64,000 nt of DNA from an uncultured cyanobacterium (GTDB lineage: Bacteria > Cyanobacteriota > Cyanobacteriia > PCC-9006 > JAAUQQ01): assembly GCA_963718615.1 (NCBI GenBank), contig OY970368.1:1632001-1696000 (forward strand). The letters run 5' to 3'. The stretch's first letter is position 1. The number at the start of each line of letters is the position of its first letter. The position numbers and the translations under genes were made by a program. Positions 10,977 through 20,739 of this stretch are shown one piece after another. The notes under the pieces were generated by a model. It saw nothing but the letters and a program-made list of their open reading frames with translations, was not told where the DNA came from and did not search any database.

Positions 10977-12355
10977 TCCCCAACAAACGCCTGAAGTTTT
11001 GTTTGCAACTGTTGCGTAATTTCATGCACCGCTTGCCGACTGGCTCGACGGGAGGGATTGTGCTCACAAACCTGGCGATAGATCTCCGTGGCGGAAATCG
11101 GTTCGCCAATCGAAATCTGCGCCTGTCGCAACCCTAGCTTGGGTCGTTTAAAGGGATCGCTGCCCTTGAGTCGGGCTAATAAATCCCAAACCAGCAGCGC
11201 CGATTCCGCAAACCGTTCCGGCGTCAGTTTCTCGCGCACATAGGACCCCGTTACTGCCACAAAGGTCTCGACGATACGCATGTGCCAAAGCCGTTGTGCC
11301 GCTTCCTCAGCCACGCGATCGGCCAGACCCCGTTCCAGGGGACTCAGCTTGGCCAAATCGCCCAAATCTTCCCGATAAATTCGGTCCCAACCCGCCTGCT
11401 CTAGCCGTCGACAGCGATCGATAAGGCTGCCCTTGGGGTCTAGACCAAAATAGGATTCTGCAACTTTGAGCGCCGCATCCAGGAGGGCCTGGAGGCGATC
11501 GCCAAATTCATCCGCTGCCAAAATCTCTAGTTCTGGAAACGGAGCTAGCGGTTGGCAATGAAATTGTCGGTAAAAATCCTCCATGCGCTGGAGTAGAGTT
11601 TGGGCGAGGCGGTAGAGGCGGGGGTAGAGGGTGGTGGGGGTGGGGTGTGATGGGGTGGGGGTGTGATGGGGGGATAAACCGCAGTCGGTTTCTAGGTGGG
11701 TGAGGAGTTGGGCGATCGCCTCCCAGGGTTCTTCGGTGTAGGTGTAGCGAATGCCGATGGGGAGAATGATCACGGTTTGATTACAACCGGCCTTACGGAG
11801 ATCTTCAATCCCCCAGACGGCCAGTTGGGCTAAGCCGGGTTCCAGGGGGCTGACGATTTCGCTGTGGCCGTTGGTGGCTCCTTCTGGGGCGATCGCCAAG
11901 GGAAATTGGCCTTGGGTTAAAATCCCTCGGGCGGTGCGTAGCCCTTTCAAATCCACCTTGCCCCGCAGAATGGGGATGCCGCCCAGCCGGGAATAGAGCC
12001 AGCCCACGCCTTCGCCGGCCCAGAGGGGAATGCCGCGATCGTAGAGAAAGTGAAAATGGGTGGGGGATTGTAGGGATTGACGATGTTGGCGGGCGGCCTG
12101 GGGAAGAGCAGAGGCCATGAGGTGCAACAGACAGAGAGGATCGTCGGCGCTGGGATGGCGAAAGGCTAGAATTAAGCGGATTTTTCCGTTCTGGAATTGT
12201 TGATAATGGGTAATTAGGCGATCGAGGGGAGCGGCTTGAACCTGGGCGATCGCCCCCTTCCATCGCATCCAAGCGGGTAACGCCAGTCTGGTGCCTTGCA
12301 GGACCCAGGGATTAAAGGCGGGAGGAAGAAACTGAAGCGGTGGCTGAGCTGTCAT
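10973..12355 (-). CDS. Phospholipid/glycerol acyltransferase (PlsC-like, cyanobacterial long form)
   Basis: AFRHPSADD (HxxxxD), IAPEGATNG. Start placed at MTAQPPLQF (12355) to avoid overlap with the divergent PBP. Confidence 0.85.
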   Translation of the reverse strand: MTAQPPLQFLPPAFNPWVLQGTRLALPAWMRWKGAIAQVQAAPLDRLITHYQQFQNGKIRLILAFRHPSADDPLCLLHLMASALPQAARQHRQSLQSPTHFHFLYDRGIPLWAGEGVGWLYSRLGGIPILRGKVDLKGLRTARGILTQGQFPLAIAPEGATNGHSEIVSPLEPGLAQLAVWGIEDLRKAGCNQTVIILPIGIRYTYTEEPWEAIAQLLTHLETDCGLSPHHTPTPSHPTPTTLYPRLYRLAQTLLQRMEDFYRQFHCQPLAPFPELEILAADEFGDRLQALLDAALKVAESYFGLDPKGSLIDRCRRLEQAGWDRIYREDLGDLAKLSPLERGLADRVAEEAAQRLWHMRIVETFVAVTGSYVREKLTPERFAESALLVWDLLARLKGSDPFKRPKLGLRQAQISIGEPISATEIYRQVCEHNPSRRASRQAVHEITQQLQTKLQAFVGD

Positions 12356-12397
12356 AGGAAGATCATTATAATAAACGCAATTCATTGAACCGGCTGT

Positions 12398-14653
12398 ATG
12401 AGCGATAGGCCACCCCCACGACCCCCCACTCCTCCGAAAACCCTGCTGGGGCAAATGTCCCAATTGGTGCAGCAGGTGCGCACTCAGATGGATTTTTCCC
12501 AAATTCAGCTGCGTCCCAAAGCGAAGGTGCCAGAGTTGATGGTGGAAAATGATAAAGAAGCACCGCAATCCTATCCGCTGTTGGGCGATAGCTATATCAT
12601 TGGTCGTAGTTCCAAGGCAGCTATTACAATCCCCAATCCCATTGTTAGCCAGGTTCACGCCTCGCTCAACCGCAGTCGTCGCAAAGGAACCGGATTTGAG
12701 CTCAAGGATGAAGACTCGACCAATGGCTTCTATTGGGGCAAAAAGCGCTACAACTCCCTCGAACTGCGCCATGGGGACGTGATTACCCTAGGCCCGCCAG
12801 AATTGGCCAATGGGGTACGGCTGCGCTATTTGGACCCGGCACCTTGGTACAAAACGGTTTTACGCTATGGGGCCTACGGTATCGGGGGGATGGCGTTGTT
12901 GACGGCCTTGGCCATCGGCGTCGAGTGGCAAAAGTTTTCGACCAAGCAATTGGGGACGGTGCAGGGACCGATCGCAGCCTATGCGGGCGACGGCACACCG
13001 CTCCAAACCCTCCGCAGCTCCTCCCATCGAGAACTCAAGGGGCTGTCAGAATTTTCCCCCTATTTGCCGAAAGCCGTGGTTGCCTCGGAAGATTCCCGCT
13101 ACTACTGGCATGTGGGCTTCGATCCGGTGCGGGTGGCTTCGGCGATGCTGATCAACATTACCAGCGGTGGGATCCGCGAGGGAGCCAGCACAGTCACCCA
13201 GCAAATCGCCCGCAGCCTCTACCCGGACTATGTGGGAACAGAGGATTCGGTGGGACGAAAAGTTCGCGAAATCATCGTTGCGCTCAAGCTCGAAACCTTC
13301 TACAGCAAGGATTTTCTGCTCAAAACCTATCTCAACCGGGTTTATCTCGGGGTTGGCTATGGGTTTGAGGATGCGGCCCAGAAATATTTCCGCAAATCCG
13401 CCACGGAGCTCACCCTGTCCGAAGCGGCAACCCTGGTGGGGATTTTGCCTGCGCCTAACCGATTTAGCCCCTGCGATGACATCGAAACCGCCACGGGATT
13501 GCGCAATCGGGTCATTAGTCGAATGTTGGATCTGGGGATGATTTCCCAGGAGGAGGCCCAGGCCGGGAGGCGATCGGCGATCGTCGTGGATCCGGCGGTC
13601 TGTCAATCCACGGGTAATATTCTCTCACCCTACTTTTATAGCCAAATTCTCAACGAACTGGAACAGCTCCTGGGAAAGGACGTGGCCCGCGAGGGCAATT
13701 TTATCGTCGAGACCCAGCTTGACCTGCGGTTGCAGAAGCTCGCGGAGGAGTCGCTGCGCAATGCGGTGCGCGATGACGGGCCGGGGTATGGGTTTTCTCA
13801 GGGGGCGATCGCCACCCTCGATGCCAAGTCCGGAGCGGTTCTGGCCCTAGTTGGCGGTGTGGACTACAACGAAAGCCAGTTTAACCGCGCCACCCAAGCC
13901 CTGCGTCAACCGGGGTCCACCTTCAAGCCCTTTGCCTATGCTGCGGCCCTGCGTCAGGGCATTTCGCCCTACAGGACGTTTTCCTGCGCGCCCCTGACCT
14001 GGGAAGGCCAATCCTACGGGGGCTGCGAACGGAGCAGCGGCAGCATTGATATGTTTCGCGCTCTAGCTCAGTCGGAGAACGCGGTTTCCTTACGGATTGC
14101 CCAGGAAGCCAGCCTAGAGGCAGTGGCCCAAACGGCAAAAGATCTGGGGATTCGCTCGGAGCTGAATGCGGTTCCGGGTTTAGTGCTGGGCCAAAGCGAA
14201 GTGACACTGCTGGAGATGGCTGGAGCCTACGGTGTCTTTGCCAATGGCGGTGTGCGCCATCGGCCCCATGCGATTCGGCGGGTGTTGGATAGTAGTCAAT
14301 GTACGGATCCGGGCGATCGCCAAACCTGCCGCGTGGTTTTCGACAGCCGCCAAATGCCCGGTGATAATGAACCGGTGCTTGAACCCTCGGTGGCCAACAC
14401 TATGACGCAAATGTTGCAGGGCGGTGTCAGTGGGGGGACTGGGCGGGCGGCATTTTTGCCAGGATTTGGCGTAGCGGGCAAAACGGGAACGACCAATGAT
14501 TCCATCGATCTTTGGTTTATGGGGTTTGTCCCCAGCCGTCAGTTGGTAACTGGGGTATGGTTGGGTAATGATGACAACAGTCCGACCGCAGGCAGTAGTG
14601 GCAATGCGGCTGCACTCTGGGGGGAATATATGCAGCTAGCTCTTGAGGAATAA
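12398..14653 (+). CDS. Class A penicillin-binding protein with N-terminal FHA domain
   Basis: FHA (IGRS..S..H..STNG), TM helix, transglycosylase SEDSRY/GASTVTQQ, transpeptidase STFK, SEN, KTGT. Confidence 0.93.
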   Translation: MSDRPPPRPPTPPKTLLGQMSQLVQQVRTQMDFSQIQLRPKAKVPELMVENDKEAPQSYPLLGDSYIIGRSSKAAITIPNPIVSQVHASLNRSRRKGTGFELKDEDSTNGFYWGKKRYNSLELRHGDVITLGPPELANGVRLRYLDPAPWYKTVLRYGAYGIGGMALLTALAIGVEWQKFSTKQLGTVQGPIAAYAGDGTPLQTLRSSSHRELKGLSEFSPYLPKAVVASEDSRYYWHVGFDPVRVASAMLINITSGGIREGASTVTQQIARSLYPDYVGTEDSVGRKVREIIVALKLETFYSKDFLLKTYLNRVYLGVGYGFEDAAQKYFRKSATELTLSEAATLVGILPAPNRFSPCDDIETATGLRNRVISRMLDLGMISQEEAQAGRRSAIVVDPAVCQSTGNILSPYFYSQILNELEQLLGKDVAREGNFIVETQLDLRLQKLAEESLRNAVRDDGPGYGFSQGAIATLDAKSGAVLALVGGVDYNESQFNRATQALRQPGSTFKPFAYAAALRQGISPYRTFSCAPLTWEGQSYGGCERSSGSIDMFRALAQSENAVSLRIAQEASLEAVAQTAKDLGIRSELNAVPGLVLGQSEVTLLEMAGAYGVFANGGVRHRPHAIRRVLDSSQCTDPGDRQTCRVVFDSRQMPGDNEPVLEPSVANTMTQMLQGGVSGGTGRAAFLPGFGVAGKTGTTNDSIDLWFMGFVPSRQLVTGVWLGNDDNSPTAGSSGNAAALWGEYMQLALEE

Positions 14654-14943
14654 GGCTCTTCAGGAATTAAGGCTAGAAATATTTCCGATGCTGTCTAATC
14701 AGCATGAAGTGAGGAAATATCTCCAATAATTAGGGGGCTAATTGCTGATGATGGGAGATTATTTAAGGGTGAAAAAATTTTCTAAACAGAGGATTATTGA
14801 CCTGGATCGTCCCATATACAGTTCAACAAAGTACGAGCTCGAAGTTTGTTACACTATGATTTTGAGATAATCCATAACGTTTTATCTTAACATTTGATTC
14901 AGCGGATCTAGTCTTAAGTTGTTCAATTTAGACTTCTAAAAAC

Positions 14944-15789
14944 GTGTTACTCAGGCGTAGGTTGCTTCGTGTTTTTCTCCTTTCTAGTGCGACGGGAATC
15001 CTGACCCGAGTGGCCCAAGCGCGTTCCCGCACGTTTCGTCTTAATGGCTGGCTGGAATTGAGAGCATTTGAAGGACGGGTGATTTGGCACAGACCCCAAC
15101 GGCGTCCGCTCCTCGCTTGGGTCGGTATGCGCTTGGATGCGGAAGAGGATGCGATCTTGAGTGAGGCCAAGTCCAGTGCGGTTTTTGCCTTAGACTCAGG
15201 GCTAGGAACCGTTCACGTGGGCGAAAACACAAAATTCTTCATTAAGACCCTCAAGACCAATGCCCAGGGCGGACGCATTACCCAACTGCACGTCAGTCAG
15301 GGCCAAGTTCGTCTGAAGGTGCGGCCCTTTGCCAATCCCTCTTCTCGGCTAGAGATCGATACCCCGGCGGGGTTGGCAGGTGTGCGAGGCACCGAGTTTG
15401 GCGTAACTGTGCAGCCTGCGGGAAAAATGGGGGTTGCGACGCGCTCGGGCCATGTGGATACCACTGCCCAATCCCAAACCGTCGCGGTTCAGCAGCAACA
15501 GCAAACCTTTGTCATGCCCCAGGAAGCGCCCCAACCGCCCCAGCCCCTGCGGGACGATACAATGCTAAAGCTTCAAATTGAAGCCGTTGCCGATGGCCAG
15601 CTCCATCTTGTGGGAACCATTGACCCTGTTAATGGGCTGTTGATTGAAGACATGACGCAAGATACCGATCGCGAGGGGAAGTTTGACTTATTTTGGCCCA
15701 GGAGCGATCGCCCCTCGCTCAGCTTCACGGTTATGACTCCCCTCGGCACCCGCAAGCGCCATGAAATTCCGCTTCCTCCGCCGCTTTAA
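14944..15789 (+). CDS. FecR-domain protein with twin-arginine-like signal peptide
   Basis: RRRLL + hydrophobic stretch + AQA; EIDTPAGLAGVRGTEFGV FecR motif. Confidence 0.85.
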   Translation: MLLRRRLLRVFLLSSATGILTRVAQARSRTFRLNGWLELRAFEGRVIWHRPQRRPLLAWVGMRLDAEEDAILSEAKSSAVFALDSGLGTVHVGENTKFFIKTLKTNAQGGRITQLHVSQGQVRLKVRPFANPSSRLEIDTPAGLAGVRGTEFGVTVQPAGKMGVATRSGHVDTTAQSQTVAVQQQQQTFVMPQEAPQPPQPLRDDTMLKLQIEAVADGQLHLVGTIDPVNGLLIEDMTQDTDREGKFDLFWPRSDRPSLSFTVMTPLGTRKRHEIPLPPPL

Positions 15790-17530
15790 ACAGGGTTTTG
15801 CCTGGGCTGATAGCCCCCTAGGTCGTTCTCCAGGTCGATCCGCCGTTTCTCCCAGGATTTTTCCAGGCTCTCATTCGAGTCATGCCCAGACCGGTCGGTC
15901 TCTCCCGGTGGCGATCGCCTGGGCAGCAATCCGGCACTGGCTCTCCTTGGGCCAAGGCGCTTCTTTGGGCCTGGGTCTGAGTTTGCTCTGCCTGGGGTTA
16001 TGGCAAGGGGGTCTAGACAATCTGATCGAACCCCCGGCCCAGGGGTTGCTGTTTCAGAGCCGGGGTGCTGAGCCCTGGGATGAACGCTTGGTGCTGATCG
16101 AAATTGACGACCGGAGTTTGGCTCAACTGGGGACGCTGCCTTGGTCGCGCGATCGCTATACCGAACTCCTCCAAATTCTCACAACCAGTGCCCCCAATCT
16201 TGCCGTCTTTGATCTGCTCTTCACCGATGTCTCAAGCGCTGACCCGGCCTTTGCCGCCGCGATGCAACGCCATGGTTATGTGGTGCTGGGGGATGCCTGG
16301 GGACCGGAGGGCAACCGTTACCCGCCGCAACCGCGTCTGGCCGCCGAGGCGATCGCCCTGGGTCACATGAATTATTTTCAATCTCGCCGCGATCGCTATC
16401 CCGAAGTCCCCGCTGCGTTGCAGGATGCCCCTGCTCTTTCCGTTGCCGCCCTCCAGGCTTATGCCGTCAGTTGGGAGGCGGTGCCCTTACTGCCGCCCGC
16501 CGCGACCCTTTGGGTCAACTGGCCAGGATCCTGGGCCAATCTGCGTCGATATTCCTTTGTTGATGTTTTGCAACACAGGGTAGACCCCGCTGTCTTCAAT
16601 GACAAAATTATCATGATTGGTGCGACGGCAACTGGCTCCGATCCCTTCGCTCTGCCATTCACCGTTTCAAAAACCGAGTCCCTCAGCGGGGTGCATTTGC
16701 ACTTGGCCTTGCTCCATAATTTGCTCCAGCAAAATATGCTTCGTATCCCCCGAAAACGCTGGATTTGGCCGCTGTTGTTTTGTGGGGGAGGATTGCTGGT
16801 GGGGCACTGGGGCGATCGCCGGGGAACCCGTCAACAGCTGATCGGGTTTGGGGTGTTCTGCGGGGGCTGGCTAGGTTTTTGCTGGCTGGCATTGAAGGCC
16901 CATTGGCTGGTGCCGATTACTCCTCCGTTGCTGGGGCTCGGAGTGATTGCCCTGGGCCTCATGACCCTCGATAAAATCCGGCTGGCTCGTCTGACGGAAC
17001 AATTGCAAGAGGAAATAAGCCTAGACGGGCTCACTCAGATCAAAAACCGTCGATTTTTCAATGAATCTCTCGCTCGGCTGGAGCGGCAACGGCTGCGGGA
17101 CCCGGATGAAATTTCGCTGATTTTGTGCGATATCGACTATTTCAAGCGCTATAACGATACCTATGGCCATCCTGCGGGCGATCGCTGTCTTGCCGTAGTT
17201 GCCCAGACCATGCAAGCGGTTCTCCAGCGTCCCGAAGATTTTGTGGCTCGCTATGGAGGAGAAGAATTTGTGGTGGTCCTGCCTAAAACCCCTAGTGCTG
17301 GTGCCATTTATCTGGCGGAACAGATTCAGCAGCGTATTTCTGTCCTAGCCCTTCCCCATCAAGCCTCTCCCTTTCAGCAGGTGACGCTGAGTTTGGGGAT
17401 CGCGACCCTATCCGTGACCTCCGGGGAGAGCTTGAGCCAGTTAGTACAGCGGGCGGATGAAGCCCTATACCAGGCAAAACAGCGGGGACGCGATCGCTAC
17501 TGTCTCGCCCCGCCAGAGGTCTGCCACTAG
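15761..17530 (+). CDS. CHASE2-GGDEF diguanylate cyclase
   Basis: LVLIEIDDRSL...PWSRDRY CHASE2 motif, three TM helices, DIDYFKRYND, RPED I-site, intact GGEEF. Confidence 0.92.
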   Translation: MKFRFLRRFKQGFAWADSPLGRSPGRSAVSPRIFPGSHSSHAQTGRSLPVAIAWAAIRHWLSLGQGASLGLGLSLLCLGLWQGGLDNLIEPPAQGLLFQSRGAEPWDERLVLIEIDDRSLAQLGTLPWSRDRYTELLQILTTSAPNLAVFDLLFTDVSSADPAFAAAMQRHGYVVLGDAWGPEGNRYPPQPRLAAEAIALGHMNYFQSRRDRYPEVPAALQDAPALSVAALQAYAVSWEAVPLLPPAATLWVNWPGSWANLRRYSFVDVLQHRVDPAVFNDKIIMIGATATGSDPFALPFTVSKTESLSGVHLHLALLHNLLQQNMLRIPRKRWIWPLLFCGGGLLVGHWGDRRGTRQQLIGFGVFCGGWLGFCWLALKAHWLVPITPPLLGLGVIALGLMTLDKIRLARLTEQLQEEISLDGLTQIKNRRFFNESLARLERQRLRDPDEISLILCDIDYFKRYNDTYGHPAGDRCLAVVAQTMQAVLQRPEDFVARYGGEEFVVVLPKTPSAGAIYLAEQIQQRISVLALPHQASPFQQVTLSLGIATLSVTSGESLSQLVQRADEALYQAKQRGRDRYCLAPPEVCH

Positions 17531-17542
17531 GCTCTAGGCCCC

Positions 17543-17575
17543 AGACACCGGGTATTTATAAAACACCCGGTATCT
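17543..17575 (-). terminator. Hairpin between the convergent DGC and sir genes
   Basis: AGACACCGGGTATTT-ATA-AAACACCCGGTATCT; the mismatches become G-U pairs on the minus strand. Confidence 0.6.
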
Positions 17576-17582
17576 CGTAGGT

Positions 17583-19682
17583 TTAGAACGGTTGGGGGTG
17601 TTGTGGCTGTGCCTGCGGTTGTAGCGATGGCGGTGATTGCAGCGATGGCGGTGATTGCAGCAATGGTGGTGATTGCAGCGATGGTGGTTGTAGCGATGGT
17701 GGGGGTTGCAGCGATGGCTGTTGCTCTGGGAGGGGCTGTAGTTGTTGCTGTTTCAAGTAAGCTTCCAACGCCTGCTCTGCCAGATCCCGCAGCGATTTGC
17801 CTTCTCGATCCGCTTGATCCTTCAGACGGTTATGCAACTCCGACGATAGCTCCACCCGCCAGCGCTGACGGGATGCACCCTGTTTGGGTCGGAAAGCGGC
17901 TGGATTTTCCTTATAGCGGACTGAGAATTCTTGGAGGGCTTCGAAACCGATGCGATCGCAAAAATCCCCAAAGCTTTCCCCTCGCTTGCGCTCCTGCCGG
18001 AACAGGACAAACATCGGCTCCAGCTCGATCTCCAGCTCTTCGTCCAGCAACTTTTGGGTATAGGGCTGAGCTAAGCGAGTTTGGTCTGGTGAACCGCCCA
18101 GCCAAAGCTGATAGGCCCCCGGCGCACTGCCCACTAAGCCCAGCTCCGCCATGTAAGGCCGCGCGCAACCATTGGGACAACCGGTCATCCGCACCACAAA
18201 ATGCTCATTCTTCAGCCCAACCTTGGTGAGCACGCCACGAATCCGTTCCAGAATTCCCGGTAGTGCCCGCTCCGATTCCGTAATCGCTAGGCCGCAGGTG
18301 GGCAACGCCGGACAGGCCATGCCAAAGCGCTCTAGGGGGTCGATTTCGGTTTCTGTAGGGATATTATGGCTGCGCAGAATGGCTTGAATGGCTTCCTGGT
18401 CTGCGGGGTTGATTTCGTACAGCAAAATATTGTGATTCGCCGTGAGTCGCACCGGCAAATTAAATTGCTCGATAATCTGCCGTAGAGCCGTCTTTAGCTG
18501 GAAGCTGCCTTCATCCTTGACCCGACCATTTTGCACCGAGATGCCGAGGAAGAATTTGCCGTCGCCCTGCTCATGCCAGCCCAAGAAATCGTGATATTTG
18601 AACTTGGGCAGGGGCTTCATCGGAGCCAGAGGTTTGCCAAAGTAGCCTTCGAGAACGCTGCGGAATTTTTCGACGCCCCAGTCGTGGAGGAGATATTTCA
18701 TCCGGGCGTGGCGGCGGTTGTGGCGATCGCCATAATCCCGCTGGGTGGCCAAAATCGCCTTCATGAAATCATAAATATCAGCTTTTTCCACATACCCGAG
18801 GGCATCTGCGGTGCGGGCAAAGGTTTCTTCCTTGTTATGGGTTCTGCCCATGCCCCCCCCGGCATAGACATTAAATCCCTGGAGTTCGCCTTGAGCATTC
18901 GTCAGGATAACGAGGCCCACGTCCTGGGTAAAAATATCAATGGAGTTATCCCCCGGCACTGTCACCGCGCATTTGAATTTGCGGGGCATATAGTGGGTGC
19001 CGTAGAGGGGTTCCTCGCTATCGTCAAACACCGTAGCTTTACCATTGCCATTGTCGTGCCCAGGATGACTGCTTTGGCGAGCGGCTTTCACTTCAGGCGC
19101 TTCTTCGGCGCTAAGGGCTTTTTCGCCATCCAGCCAAATTTCGTAATAGGCTCCGGTTTGGGGGGTTAATAGATCGGCGATGTTATCGGCATACTGCCAA
19201 GCCAGACCATATTCCGGGCGATCGCGAAAAGGCGCAGGGGGAGCCATGACATTGCGGTTGAGGTCGCCGCAGGCCCCTAGGGTGGAGCCCAGATTATGAA
19301 CGATCTCGGCGATCACCGCTTTGAGGTTTTTCTTCAGCACTCCATGGAGCTGAAACCCTTGTCGGGTGGTGACGCGCATCGTCTGATTACCATACTGATC
19401 GGCAAGGCGATCCAGCGTCAAATAAAGCTGCGGCGGAATAAAGCCCCCCGGATTACGGGTCCGCAACATGAACTGGTAATCCTTTTCCTGGCCCTTTGTC
19501 CGGTTGTCCCGGTTGTCCTGTTGATAGGACCCGTGGAATTTGAGGATCTGGGTGCCGTCTTCACTAAAATGAGTTGTATCTTGCTGAATCTCCGTGGCAA
19601 TAGGCTCACGCAGAAAATTGCTACGCTCCTTGAGTCCTTCGACCTTGGAGACCGGTGGCGATGATGCGGCGACTGGGGACAT
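17583..19682 (-). CDS. sir: Ferredoxin-dependent sulfite reductase with C-terminal RHH-like segment and low-complexity tail
   Basis: [28 protein letters not shown] siroheme/4Fe-4S ligands; ATG at 19682. Confidence 0.96.
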   Translation of the reverse strand: MSPVAASSPPVSKVEGLKERSNFLREPIATEIQQDTTHFSEDGTQILKFHGSYQQDNRDNRTKGQEKDYQFMLRTRNPGGFIPPQLYLTLDRLADQYGNQTMRVTTRQGFQLHGVLKKNLKAVIAEIVHNLGSTLGACGDLNRNVMAPPAPFRDRPEYGLAWQYADNIADLLTPQTGAYYEIWLDGEKALSAEEAPEVKAARQSSHPGHDNGNGKATVFDDSEEPLYGTHYMPRKFKCAVTVPGDNSIDIFTQDVGLVILTNAQGELQGFNVYAGGGMGRTHNKEETFARTADALGYVEKADIYDFMKAILATQRDYGDRHNRRHARMKYLLHDWGVEKFRSVLEGYFGKPLAPMKPLPKFKYHDFLGWHEQGDGKFFLGISVQNGRVKDEGSFQLKTALRQIIEQFNLPVRLTANHNILLYEINPADQEAIQAILRSHNIPTETEIDPLERFGMACPALPTCGLAITESERALPGILERIRGVLTKVGLKNEHFVVRMTGCPNGCARPYMAELGLVGSAPGAYQLWLGGSPDQTRLAQPYTQKLLDEELEIELEPMFVLFRQERKRGESFGDFCDRIGFEALQEFSVRYKENPAAFRPKQGASRQRWRVELSSELHNRLKDQADREGKSLRDLAEQALEAYLKQQQLQPLPEQQPSLQPPPSLQPPSLQSPPLLQSPPSLQSPPSLQPQAQPQHPQPF
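17617..17720 (-). repeat. Imperfect 15-18 bp tandem repeat encoding (SLQ[S/P]PP)n in the sir tail
   Basis: GGCGGTGATTGCAGCGAT-like units, about 6 copies. Confidence 0.85.
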
Positions 19683-19719
19683 GGTGAGCTTCAATAGATA
19701 AAATCAGGCCATCTAAAAG

Positions 19720-19743
19720 AACCCCGGTAAGTCGGTCGGGATT
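19720..19743. promoter_or_regulatory. Imperfect palindrome upstream of sir, putative Rrf2-type operator
   Basis: AACCCCGGTAAGTCGGTCGGGATT = CCCGRY-N6-RYCGGG, about 40 nt upstream of the sir start. Confidence 0.45.
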
Positions 19744-19838
19744 CCGGGATTTTGATCTTATCATCTTGGATCCCACTTTCGGGACTCCGTTCACGAATCT
19801 GTAAAGAAAGGAATCTGTACGGTATTGTATCGGACCCG

Positions 19839-20243
19839 CTATCCCCGCAACTGAGCTAACTGCTCACGGGCTTGATTCAACTGGGCTTCATAGTCGAGGA
19901 TTTGGGCCTGAGCGGAGTTGTAGAGCGTGCTGTTGGGAGGAATCGCCCTGAGTAAGTTTAAGGCCCGCTCTAGCCGTCCGGCAACGGGTTGCCAATCGGC
20001 CTCGGATTGGGCTTGGGCGGCGTCGGCTTGGGCGCGATCGCCCAAAATCAGCGCCGTATTAAATGTTTCTTCTGGAGACGGTAATGTCGCAGCTTCTGCC
20101 GTATCCCCCTGCCACTGTGTCTCGGCGGCGTTAGCTGCCCAATTCGAGTCGCTGGAACCTTGCTCTGGGTCGATGCAGCCTGTGAGCAGTGACAGCAAAA
20201 CCCCTGATGCAAGCGGCACCAAACGACGGAAATTCAAATTCAT
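19839..20243 (-). CDS. Hypothetical lipoprotein
   Basis: MNLNFRR + hydrophobic stretch + LLTGC lipobox; helical C-terminus. Confidence 0.7.
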   Translation of the reverse strand: MNLNFRRLVPLASGVLLSLLTGCIDPEQGSSDSNWAANAAETQWQGDTAEAATLPSPEETFNTALILGDRAQADAAQAQSEADWQPVAGRLERALNLLRAIPPNSTLYNSAQAQILDYEAQLNQAREQLAQLRG

Positions 20244-20547
20244 AGGGTGAGAAGAAATGCTGAAGAAGCGCTGGTAAGCGACCAAGGACGAGAATTGGGG
20301 AGCTCAATCGCCGCGTTTGGTAAACATTGTTGTACTTTTGACTGAATTCAATGTTCCCGAGGGACTTGCTAAAAATTCACTTTAAAGCGCGCAAATGGGT
20401 ATCTTTTTTTCTTTTTCAAAAACCCGAAACCTCACAGGCGGGGGTGCGATGGCACAGCGCAAAAAGAAAAATTTCCATGCAGAACAGTCCCCACTTTGTC
20501 AATGATTTCAGCCCTAAGGGACCAGGATGTTATAAGGCCTAAATCTG

Positions 20548-20572
20548 AGGGCGCGGAATGCGCAGCCCCTAC
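20548..20572 (-). repeat. REP-like GTAG palindromic element
   Basis: Minus strand GTAGGGGCTGCGCATTCCGCGCCCT: GTAG head followed by a GC-rich hairpin. Confidence 0.5.
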
Positions 20573-20665
20573 GGCGGCATTGTTAAATTTTCGTTTCTAA
20601 GAATATTGATTGATTCATGGCTAAGGAAACCCTTTGCATCAGGATTATTCGCTGACGCTGACATT

Positions 20666-20690
20666 AAAAAACCCGGAGTAATCCGGGTTT
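20666..20690 (-). terminator. Intrinsic terminator of the 20740-21858 gene
   Basis: Minus strand AAACCCGGA-TTAC-TCCGGGTTTTTT. Confidence 0.75.
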
Positions 20691-20739
20691 GAGGCGATAT
20701 TTAGCTATATTCTGGGGTCAGTTATTTCAATCGTTATCC

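Noticed and set aside
12356-12772. 138-aa N-terminal extension of the acyltransferase ORF (599 aa)
   Set aside because: It overlaps the divergent PBP gene antisense; the family-like sequence begins at MTAQPPLQF (12355).
17617-17720. Tandem repeats as a possible CRISPR array
   Set aside because: No unique spacers, the repeat is in-frame coding, and no cas genes are in the window.
17603-18229. 208-aa + strand ORF with repetitive AMAVIA sequence resembling a hydrophobic peptide
   Set aside because: It is the antisense reading of the sir tail repeat.
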